DNA from: the human T2T-CHM13v2.0 reference genome, Homo sapiens
Assembly (NCBI GenBank): GCA_009914755.4
Contig: CP086569.2
Span: 21,696,001-21,760,000 of the forward strand
Direction of reading: 5' to 3'
Length of the DNA stretch: 64,000 bases
Below the pieces are notes generated by a model. That model was not told the DNA's origin. It did no database searches and saw nothing but the letters and a program-made list of their open reading frames with translations. Positions 1-28,289 of the stretch are shown piece after piece (within the stretch, counting starts at the first letter, position 1; the number at the start of each line of letters is the position of its first letter). A program made the position numbers and the translations under genes.

Positions 1-6248
<6,248 letters not shown>

Positions 6249-6385
6249 AACTGTACTCCTTTCTTAAAGCATAAAAAAATTCTACTCAAAATGAATTAAA
6301 GACTTAAAAGTAAAACCCAAAATTTCAAAAAACCAAAAACCCTGGAAGATAACCTAGAAGATAATCATTCTAAACATAGGATCTG

Positions 6386-6714
6386 ATGAAATTGGAAATC
6401 ATTATTCTCAGTAAACTATCGCAAGAACAAAAAACCAAACACAGCATACTCTCACTCATAGGTGGGAATTGAACAATGAGAACACGTGGACACAGGAAGG
6501 GGAACATCACACTCTGGGGACTGTTGTGGGGTGGGGGGATGGGGAGGGATAGCATTGGGAGATATACCTAATGCTAGATGACGAGTTAGTGGGTGCAGCG
6601 CACCAGCATGGCACATGTATACATATGTAACTAACCTGCACATTGTGCACATGTACCCTAAAACTTAGAGTATAATAATAATAAAATAATAATAAAATAA
6701 AATAAAATAAAATA
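6386..6714 (+). mobile_element. Young L1PA 3'-end fragment (ORF2 last ~30 codons, 3'UTR and (AATAAA)n tail), heavily 5'-truncated
   Basis: Near-identical to the L1HS 3' end (MKLETIILSKLSQEQKTKHSMFSLIGGN, then ...cctaaaacttagagtataataataataaaataa). A perfect 14-bp TSD aaacataggatctg lies at 6372-6385 and 6715-6728. Confidence 0.9.
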
Positions 6715-6945
6715 AAACATAGGATCTGGCTAATATTTCCTGATGAAGACTCCAAAAGCAATGGCAAGAAAGAAGTAAATTGACAAGTGACACCCAATTA
6801 AAAAGCTTCTGCACAGCAGAATGAACTATCCAAGGTAGATAGAAAACCTACAGAATGGGAGAAAATATTTGCAGTTCAATATTCCATAAGGAACTTAAAT
6901 TTACAAGAAATAACAACCCCATTGAAAAGTGAGCAAAGGACATAG

Positions 6946-7292
<347 letters not shown>

Positions 7293-7296
7293 ATAA

Positions 7297-7673
<377 letters not shown>

Positions 7674-7838
7674 CTCATCTGACTTTTATGATTACAAAGT
7701 AAAAGAAAAAATAACAGATGCTGGTGAGGTTCTGGAGAAAAGCGTATGCTTATACACTGCTGGGGGGAATGTAAATTAGTTCAGCTATTGTGGAAAGCAG
7801 TTTAACAAGTTCTGGAAGAATTTAAAACAGAAATACCA

Positions 7839-8148
<310 letters not shown>

Positions 8149-8207
8149 TCACCCATCAATCCCATTATTAGGTAGATACCTAGAGAACTATAAATCATTC
8201 TAACATA

Positions 8208-8248
8208 AAGACACACACACACACTCAACACACACACACATTTATTTC
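8208..8248. repeat. (CA)n microsatellite inside an older L1
   Basis: acacacacacacactcaacacacacacacat. Confidence 0.8.
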
Positions 8249-8321
8249 AGAAAAGTTTACAATAGCAAAGACATGGAATTAACCTAAATGACCATCAATG
8301 ACAGAAGGGATATTTATTTTA

Positions 8322-8634
<313 letters not shown>

Positions 8635-10734
8635 AATTTTTAAAATGTGATACACATGCACCATGGAATACTATGCTGCCATAAAAGAACATTAATGTCC
8701 TCTGCAGCAACATGGATGGCCATTATTCAAAGGAAACCAATGCAGGAACAGAAAACCAAACATTGCATGTTGTTATTTATAAGTGGAAGCTAAACACTGA
8801 GTATATATGGACATAAAGAAAGAAACAACAGCCACCTGGACTTACTTGATGGTTAAGTTTGGGAAATAAGATGAAGATGAAACACTACCTATTGAGCACT
8901 ATGCATTTTACCTGGGTGACAAAATAATATGCCGACCAAGTTCCTGTGAAATGCAATTTACCTATATAACTAACCTGCACATGGGTTCTTGAACCTAAAA
9001 TAGAAGTTAAAAAAGGAAACTAATTACAGAAAAATGTAGACAGAATTCTTTGGGATTCAGCAAGATAAAAGTTGATTTCGGGCATATTTCTGAAAAAGCA
9101 GATGCATCAATTCCATTTTGTCATAAAAAATTTAGTTTTCTTTTCACTCAGTGTTTGTAACTCAAATTTAAAGTTCATCTTTTTTAGGTAGAGCATTGTT
9201 TTAGTAAATCTTTTTTGATAATAACTGAAGCAGGCAAAAAAGTTTTATTATTCAATAAAATAAACAAATCAGAAAATTTTTTAAAGTTTGAAGAAACATA
9301 TCGGAATTTCTTCTCAACCTAAAATGTTTTTTTTTTTCCTTTTAATGAGTATATCTTCCTCATTGAAATTTTTGTTGTACAAATGTTTAATATGATTTCA
9401 GAATACCTTTTTTAACCACATATTTCTGACCGGCTTAGAAGGTGATAGTGTTTGTGATGAAAATAGATTATGTGCAATATTCACAAAAGTACCTTTTAAG
9501 ATAGTTGTATGAGCTCCTAGGGAAAATTTGATTTTTACTGCCCTATAATATACATTTGTCTTCAGCAGACACTTTTATGATTGTGACATACACCTGGTTT
9601 CACTTTAGTCATATTCCTTCTAAGGGAATAGCTAAGTATATTGTAAAGACAAAGGTAGCACGCTTGTCTAATATTAACTTGGAAACAATATAGTTAAGCT
9701 ATTTGCTGTTTATATATGAATAAATGTTTGTAGAATCATGTTGTTTCCCAAATTCTTAGCAAAATGATGACAACCAGATTTAATATTATCTTAAAATGCA
9801 TTTAATAAATGTGATTTACCTATAGAAGTATAAATGCTTTTAAATATATGATGGCATATCCATCAGTTGTCAGTGTAATATTCATGTTCTCTCATGGAAA
9901 AGGCAGGTGATATGAAAGAAATATGATCACATGAAAACACTTCTAGTATCTCCAGAAATTAAATGAGAACTAATTTTTTGTTAGTAAGTAAGCAGGAAGT
10001 TTCTTAAAATCTTTCAAAGTTTAGTTTTGTGTATCATAAACTGGTCTTGCTACCGTACTTTGAACAAATCTAAAGGAAACCATTTGAAAAAATATTTTGA
10101 AATAAGATTTTAAAAATGTCTTAAGTATAAAAAGCTCATTATGACATTATCTACAAAGATAGAAGAGATTTTAATGTCCCAAATAAAAAAATCAATTTTG
10201 ATTAATGGCATATTAATAACCATTCTAAGGTCTAAATAAATAACCCAGAAAACACTACAATAGAAAGAGAAAAAAAGTAAAATGCAAATGAAAAACTATA
10301 AGAATAAAACCACATTTATTATTCCATACTCTATTTCCATTTATGTACATTAACTCCCACTTGTATGTGAAAATATGTATATTTGACTATTTCTAGGTTG
10401 TTTTGCTTAAGATAATGCCTCTATTCAAAAGGCATTCATGTTATTACAAAAGGCATAACTCCATTCTTTTTATGGCTGAATAGTATTCCATGCATATAGA
10501 TTATATGTAATATTTACAAAAGTACAAAGAGATGAGCAATTACTCAATGGATATGATGTACATTATTTAGGCGATAATTATACTTAAAGTGCAGACTTAA
10601 CCACTACATAATATATACATGTAATAAAATTGAATGTATACTCCTTCAATTTACACGAAAAAGAAAACTATATACCTCATGAATATGCATAATTACTATT
10701 TTTTCAATTTAAAAATGTTAAATAGGACAGGTAC

Positions 10735-11012
<278 letters not shown>

Positions 11013-11687
11013 GAAAGTTAAATGTGTATATGTACTTTTTATTTTTAAAATTATAACTCCACATTTTAATAACTGCCTTGCACAGAAAACATAATGATCG
11101 ACCCATCTTCCCAAAGCTAAAATAGATTGAGCTGGGTAATCTTCATTTGATTGTAAGTATTGGGAAATAACAGAAAAATAAATGAGGATCAAAAGTTAGA
11201 GTGGGACTAGTAAGTGTTAAGCTAACTCTCAATTATAAACTGAAGCATGAAAACTTTAATGCTCAGGCAATGAGAGGACAGTAAAGAAAGAAAAGTGTAT
11301 GATGTTCATACTGTTAGCCCTACAATTAATAAGAAAGCAGGACATATGAAAGGATACAGATTTAAAAATATTACAGAGTATATGATTAAGAAATTAACCT
11401 TAGTAACATGGTTTAGATTATTAATTTAAATTTAAGTATTCAGATATTTGGTTAGTATATCTAAACTAATAGCAATGAAAGGAGCAAGTTAACCAAGATA
11501 TTGTACAGAAACAACTCACAGTATTGATGACAATCTAGGTGAGAAAATACAGATTATTTATATATATACATATATGTATGATAGAAAAAATTAAAGTTTT
11601 ACTGATGTAGTTGAAAATAATGTAAAAGTATATTTTGTACAGATACATGGAAGAGTCACTTTTTAAAACTTTTAGATTAAGTTCTGG

Positions 11688-14043
11688 TGTAAATGTGCTG
11701 GTTTGTCATATAGGTAAACTTGTGTCACGGGGGTTTGTTGTACAGATTATTTTGTCACCAGGGTAGTAACCCTAGCACCAGTTAGTTATTTTTCTTGATC
11801 CTCTTTCTTCTTTCACTTTTCATTCTCTGGTAGGCTCCAGCGTCTGTTGTTTTTTTCTTTGTGCCCGTGTTTTCTCACTATTTAGCTTCAACTTCTAAGT
11901 GGAGAAGATGTGGTATTTGGTTTTCTTTTTTTACATTAGTTTGCTAAGAATGATGACCTTCAGCTCCATCCATGCTTCTGCAAACACATGGTCTCATTCT
12001 TTTTTATAGCTGTGTAGTACTCCATAGTGTATATGTGTCATATTTTCTTTATCTGGTCTACCATTGATGGGCATTTAATTTGATTCCATGTTTTTGCCAT
12101 TGTGAGCAGTGCTGCAATAAACATTCACATACATGTCTCTTTATAATAAAACAATGTATATTCCTTTAGTTATATGCCTAGTGGAATTACTGGGTCAAAT
12201 GATAGCTCTGTTTTAAGCTCCTTGAGGAATTTCAACACTGCTTTCTGTAATGATTGAACTAATGTACAGTCTCACCAACAGTGCATAAGTGTTCTGTTTG
12301 CTAGCATTTATTTTTTTACTTTTTACTAATAGCCATGCTGACTGGTGTGAGATGGTACCACATTGTGGTTTATACTTGCATTTCTCGAATGATCAGTAAT
12401 AAATTTTTTTGAAATATGATTTTTGGCCACTTGTATATCTTCCTTAGAAAAGTACATTTTCTTGTCCTTTGCCCACTTTTTAATGTAGTTGTTTCTTTCT
12501 TGTACATCTGTTAATGTTCCTAATAGATGATTAATATTAAACATTTGTCTGATGCATAGTTTGCAGAAATTATCTCCCACTGCAGAGGTTGTCTGTTTAC
12601 ACTGCTGATAGTTTCTTATGTGTTGCAAAAGCTCTTTTGTTTAATTATATTTCATTTATCAATTTTTGATTTTGTTGCAATTCCAACACCATTTTTTGAA
12701 TAGGGAGTCATTTCCCCATTGTTTTTTTTTTTTTTTTTTTTTGTCACCGTTGTCAAAGATCAGATGGTTGCAGGTGTCCAGCCTCATTTGTGGGCTCTCT
12801 ATTCTGTTTCATTTGGTTTATGTGTCTATGTTTGTACCGGTACTATGCTGTTCTGGTTATTGTCGCATTGTTGTGTAGTTTGAAGTTGGGTAGCATGATG
12901 CCTCCAGCTTTGTTATTTTTGCTTGGGATTGTCTTGGCTATTTGGGATCTCTTTTGGTTCTATGTGAATTTAAAAATAGTTACTTTTAGTTCTGTGAAGA
13001 ATTTCATTGGTAGTTTGATAAAAATAGAATTGAGTCCTTAAATTTATTTGGGATGTATTGTTAAAATATTAACAATATTGGGCCAGGCATGGTGGCTCAC
13101 ACCTGTAATCCCAGCACTTTGAGAGGCTGAGGTGGGTGGATCAAGAGGTCAGGAATTCAAGATCAACCTGGCCAACAGGGCGAAACCCCATCTCCACTAA
13201 AAATACAAAAATTAGCCAGGCATGGTGGCATGCACCTGTAGTCCCAGCTACTTGGATGCTGAGGCAGAGAATGCTTGAACCTGGGAGGTGGAGGTTGCAG
13301 TGAGCCAAAATGGTGCCACTGCACTCCAGCCTGGGTGAAAGAACAATACTCTGTCTCAAAAAAAAAAAAAAAAAATAATTAACCATATTGATTTTTCCTA
13401 TCCATGAGCATAACATTTTTTTGTTTGTGTCTTCTCTGATTTCTTTGAACAGTGCTTTATAATTTTTATTGCAGAAATCTCTCACCTTTCTTGTAATTAT
13501 TCCCTGTATTTCTAGGGTTTTTTTTTCTTTTTTGTGGTGATTGTGAATGGGATAGTAGTTCTGATTTGCCTGTTAGGTAGACTGTTGTTGATGAATGGGA
13601 ATGCTAGTTATCTTTGTTCATTGCTGTTGTACCCTGAGACTTTGCTACAGTTATCAATATTTAGGGAGCTTTTGGACTGAGACTGTAGAGTTTTCTATAT
13701 ATAGAATCATGTCATCAGCAAACAGGAATAGTTTGACTTCGTCGCTTCCTATTTGGATGTCCTTTATATTTTGTCTTGCTGATTGCACTAACCAAGACTT
13801 TGATTACTGTGTTGAATAGGAGTGGCTTTGTTATAGTTTCAGTAGGATTGGTGGCAGTTCTTTTTTGAATGTCTGATAGAATTCAGCTGTGAATCTGTCT
13901 GCTCCTGGATATTTTACTGGCAACTTTAAAATTACTGTTTCAATCTTATTACTTCTTATTACTTAGTCAGTATAGAGTTTCTGTTTCTTCCTAGCTTAAT
14001 CTGGGAGGGTTGTACTAATAGATGTTCATGTAGATCTGGTGTG
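11688..14043 (-). mobile_element. Older LINE-1 (L1PB/L1MA-like) 3' portion: 3'UTR plus ORF2 C-terminal and RT region, interrupted by an Alu
   Basis: Antisense 3'UTR motif ttgtcatataggtaaacttgtgtcacgggggtttgttgtacagattattttgtcaccagg. The minus ORF 12326..12628 ends in NNYIKKWAKDKKMYFSKEDIQVAKNH. Reverse-complement of 13700-13790 gives PLLFN...[12 protein letters not shown] RT motifs. Confidence 0.8.
13081..13376 (+). mobile_element. Alu (AluS-like) inserted in the minus-strand L1
   Basis: ggccaggcatggtggctcacacctgtaatcccagcactttgagaggctgaggtgggtggatcaagaggtcagg... with an A19 tail. Confidence 0.9.
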
Positions 14044-14311
14044 GATCTGAAAGAAAACGAATTTACACTGCTGGTGGAAATGTAAACTAGTACAGCCACT
14101 ATGAGAAACAGTAAAAGATTCCCTAAAGAACTAAAACTTGAACTACCATTTGATCCAACAATCCCACTACTGGGTATCTAGGCATAGGACAATAAGTCAT
14201 TATATTAAAAAGACTCTTGGACATCCATGTTTATAGCAGCACAATTTACAATTGCAATAATATGGAACCTGCCTAAATGCCCATCAACCGATGAGTGAAT
14301 AAAGAAAATGT

Positions 14312-14361
<50 letters not shown>

Positions 14362-14772
14362 AACACACACACACATATATATGTATTTATATACACACAC
14401 ACACATATCATGGGATACTACACCTCCACTAAAAGGGATAAAATAAAGACATTCACAGCAACCTGGATGGAGTTGGATATTTTTATTATAACTCAGTAAC
14501 GGAAAACAAAACATCCTGTGTTCTCACTTATAAGTGGGACTATGCTATGGGGGTGCAAAGGCAGAAGAAGGTTATAATGAACTCTGGGGGCTTGTGGGAA
14601 AAGTTGGGAGGCAGTGAGGGTTAAAATACTACACACTGGGTCTAATATACACTTCTGGGGTCATGGGTGCACCAAAATCTCAGAAATCACCTTTTAGAAA
14701 CTATTAATGTAACTAAATACCACCTGTTCCCCCCAAAACTACTGCAATGATTAAAAAAAGATAATAAAATAC
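14044..14772 (+). mobile_element. LINE-1 (L1PB/L1MA-like) 3' fragment: last ~140 codons of ORF2 plus 3'UTR
   Basis: LPFDPTIPLLGI and SLGHPCL-like/PKCPSTDEWIKKMW-like motifs. Old-type 3'UTR gtgcaccaaaatctcagaaatcacc...ccacctgttccccccaaaactactgcaatgattaaaaaaag. Confidence 0.8.
14314..14410. repeat. Compound (TA)n/(CA)n microsatellite inside the L1
   Basis: (at)17 followed by acacacacacatatatatgtatttatatacacacacacacat. Confidence 0.85.
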
Positions 14773-14799
14773 CCAGGCGCTTCTAAAAAATGTCTTTTA

Positions 14800-16085
14800 T
14801 AATATCTTGCAATTTTTTTTCAACATGGGAGTCAAATATGCTTAGGAAATAATAATATATAAGAAAAAGATATACAAATAGCAAAATGATGTTTGATAAA
14901 AATGCTTATCACTAATCATCATGGAAATGCAACTTACAATTACAATAATATATACTTACCAGTTAGAATGGCTTTTATTTTAAAAACACACAGAAGTTAG
15001 GCTGTGCACTGAGGCTTACTCCTGTAATCCTAGCACTTTGGGAGGCTGAGATGGGTGGATCACCTGAGGTCAGGAGTTCAAGATGAGCCTGGCTAACATG
15101 GTGAAACTTCTCTCTACCAAAAATATGAAAATTAGCTGGGCATGGTGGCATACACATATAATCTCAGCTAGTTGGGAGGCTGAGGCAGGAGAATTGCTTG
15201 AACACAAAAGGCAAACATTGCAGTAGCTGAGATCACACCACTGCACTCCAGCTTGGGTGACAGAGGGAGACCCTGCCACAGAAATAAATAAATAAATAAA
15301 TAAAAATTAAAAATTAAAACACATAAATTAACAAGCATTGGTGAGAGTATGAAGAAATGGGAACCCCATATGCTGTTGGTGGGAATGTGCACCAATAGAC
15401 ACATTAAGAAAAACAATAAAGTTTCCTTAGAAAACTAAAAATGGAACTATCCCACTTCCAGATATGTATCCAAAAGAACTAAAAAGGGTACGCTGAAGAG
15501 ATATCTGTACTCTCATGTTCATTGCAACATTATTCACAATGGCTAAGACATGAAAGCAAACTAGTTGTTAATCATCAGATAAACACAAAGAAAATCTGAT
15601 ATATATACACAATGAAATATGATTCAACCTTTAAAAATAATGAAATACTGTATTTTGAGATGATAGGGATCAACTCAAAGGACATTATACTTAGTAAAAT
15701 AAGCCAGACACAAGAGACAAATACCACATGATTGCAATTACATGTGGAAACCTAAAAGTCAAACTCATAGAAATAAAGAGTAGAATGGTAATTATGACAA
15801 GATAGAATGGAGAAATTAAAAAAGCTGGTTACACATGCATAATTATAGATAGGAGTATTGTGATTTAGTAATCTATTGTACAAATAGTAACTAAAATAAT
15901 AATGAATTTCATATTTCAAAATGACTGAAAGCATAAATCTTAAATGTTTTCACCAAAATATAAGCATTTAAACTAACAAATCTGTTAATTAGCTTGATTT
16001 AACAATTAACTCTACAGTGTAAGCATATATCAATACATCGTATTATAAATGTATAATATATACACATTTTTTATTTGTAATTGCA
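14800..16085 (+). mobile_element. Old LINE-1 (L1M-type) 3' fragment: ORF2 C-terminus plus a long 3'UTR, interrupted by an Alu
   Basis: Plus-frame HHGNATYNYNNIYLPVRMAFI matches [21 protein letters not shown]. After the Alu the sequence continues through [20 protein letters not shown] and a diverged ORF2 tail. Confidence 0.7.
14997..15320 (+). mobile_element. Alu (older, AluJ/S-like)
   Basis: ggctgtgcactgaggcttactcctgtaatcctagcactttgggaggctgagatgggtggatcacctgaggtcaggagttcaagat... with an (aaat)n tail. Confidence 0.85.
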
Positions 16086-16499
16086 TAAATTGTAATTAAT
16101 AGTTTTTAAAAATAAAATAAATTCTCATGATAGAGTAAAATAAGAAATAATATAACATGCAAAATCAAAGACATTATAATTTCAACAGTGGGTTTAATAT
16201 TTCAGAAAATTAATTCAAATATTTTGATTAAACAATACTAACAAACATTTTAATTTTAAAACTTTATGTAACACAACACAGTCACATTTTAGGATAAGAC
16301 TTATAGTTCTGAAATAACCTTACTGTTGCATAAAAAGTTTCTTCTGTTTGCCTAAAAAGAAACAATAAGTCTTTAATAAAGTAAAAGCAATTGTATGTCC
16401 ATGTCTGAAAGTGCTATAATAAGATTTTCTTTTAATTGTATAAGGCAAACTAACTTCCCTTTGATGACAGAGATTATTTTTCTTTTTCTCTTATTTTAT

Positions 16500-19400
16500 A
16501 TCTTTATTTATGTTGTAATTTTTTATTGATGCATAGTAATTGTATCTATAGGGTACATGCAACATTTTGATACATGAATAAAATAAGTAATGATCATGGT
16601 ACGGTATTTAGAATATCCACCACATCAAATATTTATCATTTAATTGTGTTGAAAATATTTTAAATCCTTTTTTCTAGCTACTAAAAAATATGCAATATGT
16701 TGTTATTAACTATAGTCACCCTATACTGTTATCAAACATTAGAGTTTATTCCTTCTACATAACTATATGTTAGTACCCATTAACCCACCTCTGTTTACCA
16801 GCCCCACCTTCACACACTTCTTCCAGCCTCTGGTAATGATCACTATTCTCTCTAGTTTTATGAGATCAATTGTTTTAGCACCAATATATGGGGGAGAACA
16901 TTTAATATTTGTCTCTCTGTGCCTGGCTTAGTTCACTTCACATAATGACCTCCAATTCCACTTTTGTTGCTTGATGCCTAAGTTGATGTCATATCTACAC
17001 TGTTGTGAGTAATTCCACAAAAACATGCAAGCACAGGTATTTATCTGATGTATTGACTTCTTTTGGGTAGATGTCTAGCAATAAAATACTTGAATGGTAA
17101 TTCTATTTTTATTTTTTGAGGAATCTTTATATTGTTTTCCACAGTGGCTGTATTAAATTTCCACCAACGGTATTTAAGAGTTCCCCTTTCTCTCATCTTC
17201 AACAAGATTTTTTGTTTTTTGTCGTTGTAATAAAACCATTCTGATTGGGGTAAGGTGATAGCTAATTGTGGTTTATTATTTTGCATTTCCATGATGATTA
17301 ATAATGTTGACCATTTTTCATGTATCTGTTGGCCATTTCTACATTTTCTCTTTATAAATGTTTATTTACATATTTTCCCTTGATTTTAATGGGATTATTT
17401 ATGTTAACATATATATGTTCTTTGTATATTTTGGATGTTTAGTAACCTATGACATGAATAGGATAAAAACATTTTCTCTCATTTAACAGTAAGTTTTTTC
17501 ACTCAGTTGATTAGTTCTTTTGCTGTGCAGAGCTTTTTAATTTAAGTCCAATTTGTCAATTTTTGTTTTTCTCTCCTGTGCTTTTGAGGTCTTAGTCAAA
17601 AATTCCTTCTGTAAGCCAACATCTTAAAACATACGTCTAGGTTTTCTTTTAGTGTTTTAATGTTTCAGGTCTCACATTCCTAAATATTTCATATATCTTA
17701 AGTTGATTTTTGTATACTGTGAGAGAGAAGAGGCATATGTATTTTTCTGCATGTGGCTATACGATATTCCAACATTTACTATGAGGATTTTTTTTTCCTG
17801 AGTGTAAATTCTTATCAGTTATGTCAAAGATCATTTACATACAAATATATTTTGCAGTTACTTATAGCTGGATTCCCTATTACAGTGCTCTATGTGTCTA
17901 CTTTTATACCACTAACTGTTTTGGTTGGTACAGATTTGTAATACATTTTGAGGTCAAGTAGTATAATGCCTTTAGCTTTGCTCTATTTGCTCAAAATTGG
18001 TTTGTCTATATGTCCTCTTTTGGAGTTTTATAAGAATTTCAGGATTAAAAAAATTCATGAAGAATGATGTTGGGATATTCCTAAGGCTGCACTAAATATT
18101 TAGCTTCTTTTGGGCAATGTGATCATCTTAATGATATCTCTTTTAGTCCATAAGCATGGGATATTTTCCCAGATGTTTGTGTTATGTAAAATTTGTTTCA
18201 ACAGTTTTTTTATTTGTAATTTCCCTTGTAGTAATTGCTTACATCCTCCATTAAATTTAGTCCTAGATAGTTTAATATTTTGCGGCTATTATAAATGAGA
18301 TTGACTTCTTCATTTCTTTCTCAGCTAGATGACTATTGCTGTATGAAAATGCCACTAATTTTTGCAAGCTGTTGTAACCTATAATTTTGCTGAAATTACA
18401 TATCAAATATAATTTTTTTTTTGGTGGAGTCTTTAGGTGTTTCTGCATTTAAGATCGTGTTCTCAGAGAAGAGGTACAGTTTGACTTTCTAATTTCTAAT
18501 TTGGATACTTTTTCTTTCCTTCTTTAGCCTGGTGGCTCTGGCTAATACTCCCGGTGTTATGATGAATAAGAGTGATGAACATGGGTGTCTTTGTATTGTT
18601 CAATTTTGAAGGGAAAGGACTTTTAATTTTTTTCCGTTCAGTGTGATGTCAACTGCGGGTTTATCATATATACCCTTTATTGTTTGAGATATGTTCCTTC
18701 TATGACCGCATTGTTGCATTTTTTTTATGATGAAGGGATGCTAAATTTTACCAAATGCTTTTCTTGTATATATTGAGATGACTATATTATTTTGGTCCTT
18801 TATTCTGTTGATGTGATATATCATGCTTACAGATTTACACATGTTGAACCAGGCCTGCACCTCGGCTGTAAATTCCACTTGGTCTTCATGCAATGTATTT
18901 TCGATGTGCTGCTGGATTCTGATTGGTGGTAATTTGTTGAGAATTTGTGTGTCTGTTTTCAGCAGTGATACTAGACTGAAGTTTTTGTTGCTATTATTGT
19001 TGTTTTGTTTTTGTTTGATTTGGGCATCAGGGTGATCCTGGCCTTCTAGAATGAATTGAGAAGAATTTTCTATTTTATCCTTCTTTTGAATAGTTTTGGA
19101 AGAATTGATATTAGTTCTGTGTGAATGTGGCAGAATTTGGCTAACAATCTGTCCAATTTTTGGCTTTTTGTTGGAGGACTTTTTATTACTGATTCAATCT
19201 TGCTACTCATTATTGGTCGGTTCAGGTTTTCCATTTGTTATTGATTCAGTCTGTATAATTGCATGATTTCAGAAATTTGTTCATGTCCTGTAATTTTTCC
19301 AGTTCATTTGTGTATGTTTGTTCATAATAGTCTCATGATCCTTTGGTATTATTATTACATCACATGTAATGTCTTTTTTTTATTTTTGATTTTCTTTATT

Positions 19401-20195
19401 TGGCTTTTCTCTCTCCTCTTGGTTTGTCTAGCTAGCACTTTATCAATTTTGTTTATATTTTCAAAGTACTAACTTTTTGTTTCAATGTTTTTGGTCTCTT
19501 TGATTTTAGTTCTGCTAATGTTATTATTATTCCTTTATTCTGATAAATTTTGATTATTTGTGTTCATGCTTTCTAGTTTCTTGAGGGACATTTTTATATT
19601 GTTAATTTGTAAAATCTTTTTACTTTCTTGATGTAGGTGTTTATTGGTGTGAACTATCCTTTTAGCTTTTTTTTTTTTTTGCTGTATTGCACACGTTTCA
19701 TATGTTGCATTTCCACTTTCAATTGTTTAAAGCAATTTTTAAATAAATTTTAAGAATTTTTTCGTTACTTATTGGTCATTCAGGAGAATGTTGCTTAAAT
19801 TTTATGTACTTATGTAGTATAATTTCCAGAGTTCTGGCAGATATTTCTTTCCAGTTTTATTCTATTACAGTATAATAAAAATATTTGATATGATTTTGAC
19901 TTTCTAAAATATATGAAGACTTATGAATGCTGATATATGGTCTATCCTGGGAAATGTTTTACATGCTCATTTTAAAAAAGTCTATTCTGCAGTTGTTGAA
20001 TAGAGTGTTCTGTAAATATCTATTTGGTTTAAAATACAGCCTAACCCAATGTTTCTTTATTGAGTTTTGGTACAAATGAACTGTCTAATGCTGAAGGTGG
20101 GGTATTGCAGTCCTCTTAATATTATTATATTACAATATCTCTCTCTTCTTAGACTTAATAATATTTGTTTATGATTCTCAGTACTCTAGTGTTAG

Positions 20196-20238
<43 letters not shown>

Positions 20239-21322
20239 AAATTATTACCACCTCATTTGATTGCTCCCATTATTATAATATAATAACCTACTTGGCATTT
20301 TTTTCCTTTTCACTGTTCTTGATTTAAAGTTTGTTTTATCTGATATGGGTACAGGTAGGTACTTCAGTTGATTTTTGGTTTCTATTTACATGGAATATAT
20401 AAATTTACATCCCTTTATTTTCGGTCTGTATGTGTGATTGCTGGAAAGGTGAGCTTCTTGTAAATGGCATATAAGTGGATCATGATTAGTACATTCATCC
20501 AGTAATTCTACATCTTTTAACTGAAGAATGTAGTCCGTTTACATTGAGATTTTTATTACTTGTGAGGTTTATTTCTTGTTATATTAATTATTTTCTGGTG
20601 GTTTATACATTTTATTATTTTCTTTTTCTCATATATCTCCCATTATGGTTTACTGATTTCTGTGGTGATATCATTTACATGCTTTCTTTTCTTTCTTTTT
20701 GTGAAAACTTTACATGTAAGTTTTATAATTCTGTGTAATTTGATAATGGTAAATGTCTTCCTTTACTTCCATGTTTAGGACTTCCTGGAACGTTTTTTCT
20801 AGGTCCAGTCTAGTGGTAACAAATTTCCTCAGAATTTCCTTGTCTGGGAAGACATTATTTCTCCTTCATTTAGAAAGGATAGAATTGCTGGATATTTTAT
20901 TCTTGACTTACAGTGTTTTTTCCCTAAGCACTATAAATATATCATTTTATTATTTTTGGGGTGAAACATTTCTGCTCAAAAGTCTGCATTAATTCGGTGA
21001 TTTTTTTTCTTCATACAAATTTATTTGCTTTTCTGTTGCTGTTTTTAAGATTCACTCTTTGAATTTTACTTTAGACAAATTATAATGTGTCACAAGTATA
21101 ACTTTTTGCATTGTGTTTATCTGGGGATCATTCACCCTCCTATATCTGAATGTTTATATATATATATACGAATATATAAATATTGATAGATGGGAAGATT
21201 TTAGCTATTATTTTATTAAATATGTTTTCTAGTTTTAAAATTTTCTATTCACCCTTAATATATTAATAATTTACACATTTAGTTGCTGTATGTTGTCCTA
21301 AATGTCATGAAGGCTTTCATTC
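16500..21322 (-). mobile_element. Old LINE-1 (L1MA/L1MB-like), 3' half: 3'UTR, ORF2 and the distal half of ORF1. The element is split by the L1PA insertion at 21323-28065
   Basis: Antisense old-L1 3'UTR (tatagtcaccctatactgttatcaaacattagag...ccagcctctggtaatgatcactattctc). Minus ORF 17041..17292 matches the ORF2 C-terminus (KIKIELPF-like). 18800-18900 carries the antisense RT motif (acatgttgaaccaggcctgcacctc). 20830-21150 is colinear with old-L1 ORF1 antisense consensus. Confidence 0.75.
20198..20236. repeat. (TA)n microsatellite
   Basis: (ta)17 flanked by gtg...gtg. Confidence 0.85.
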
Positions 21323-28065
<6,743 letters not shown>

Positions 28066-28289
28066 TTCTTATTTTTAATTTTTTTAAATTTTATCCGTGT
28101 TATTTCAAAATGCTTGTCTTCATGTTTTAATATTATTTCTTCTGCCTGAGATGGTCTATTGTAGCTTTAAAATGTACTTGTATTTTCTTCAATTATTCAG
28201 TTCCAGAAGTCCTATATTTTTTATCTTTCTTAATTATCTATCTATTTGGTAAAGTTTTCATTCATATTCTTTTTTTATGTGCTTAGCAC
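28066..28289 (-). mobile_element. Continuation of the old L1M from 16500-21322: the proximal (5') half of ORF1
   Basis: Colinear with old-L1 ORF1 antisense consensus: atttcaaaatgcttgtcttcatgttttaatattatttcttctgcctgagatggtctattgtagcttt. It resumes where the L1M broke off at 21322. Confidence 0.6.

Noticed and set aside
6640-6720. Tandem (aataaaat)n and similar A-rich periodic repeats (also at 15280-15320, 30984-31001 and 61365-61410) as minisatellites or possible CRISPR-like arrays
   Set aside because: They are the A-rich tails of L1 and Alu elements, which are eukaryotic. They have no spacer/repeat architecture.
12721-12743. T23 homopolymer as the poly-A tail of a minus-strand element
   Set aside because: It lies inside continuous antisense L1 ORF2 sequence (ccattg[T23]gtcaccgttgtcaaagatc) and replaces the usual cttgtttttgtcaggtttg, so it is an internal slippage expansion.
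11688-14772. Head-to-head junction at 14043/14044 of a minus-strand L1 and a plus-strand L1, which looked like a twin-priming 5' inversion
   Set aside because: The minus-strand piece itself contains an L1 3'UTR and ORF2 C-terminus (11688-12640). It therefore duplicates the region covered by the plus piece instead of lying upstream of it in the L1 RNA. These are two independent 5'-truncated L1 insertions, not one inverted element.
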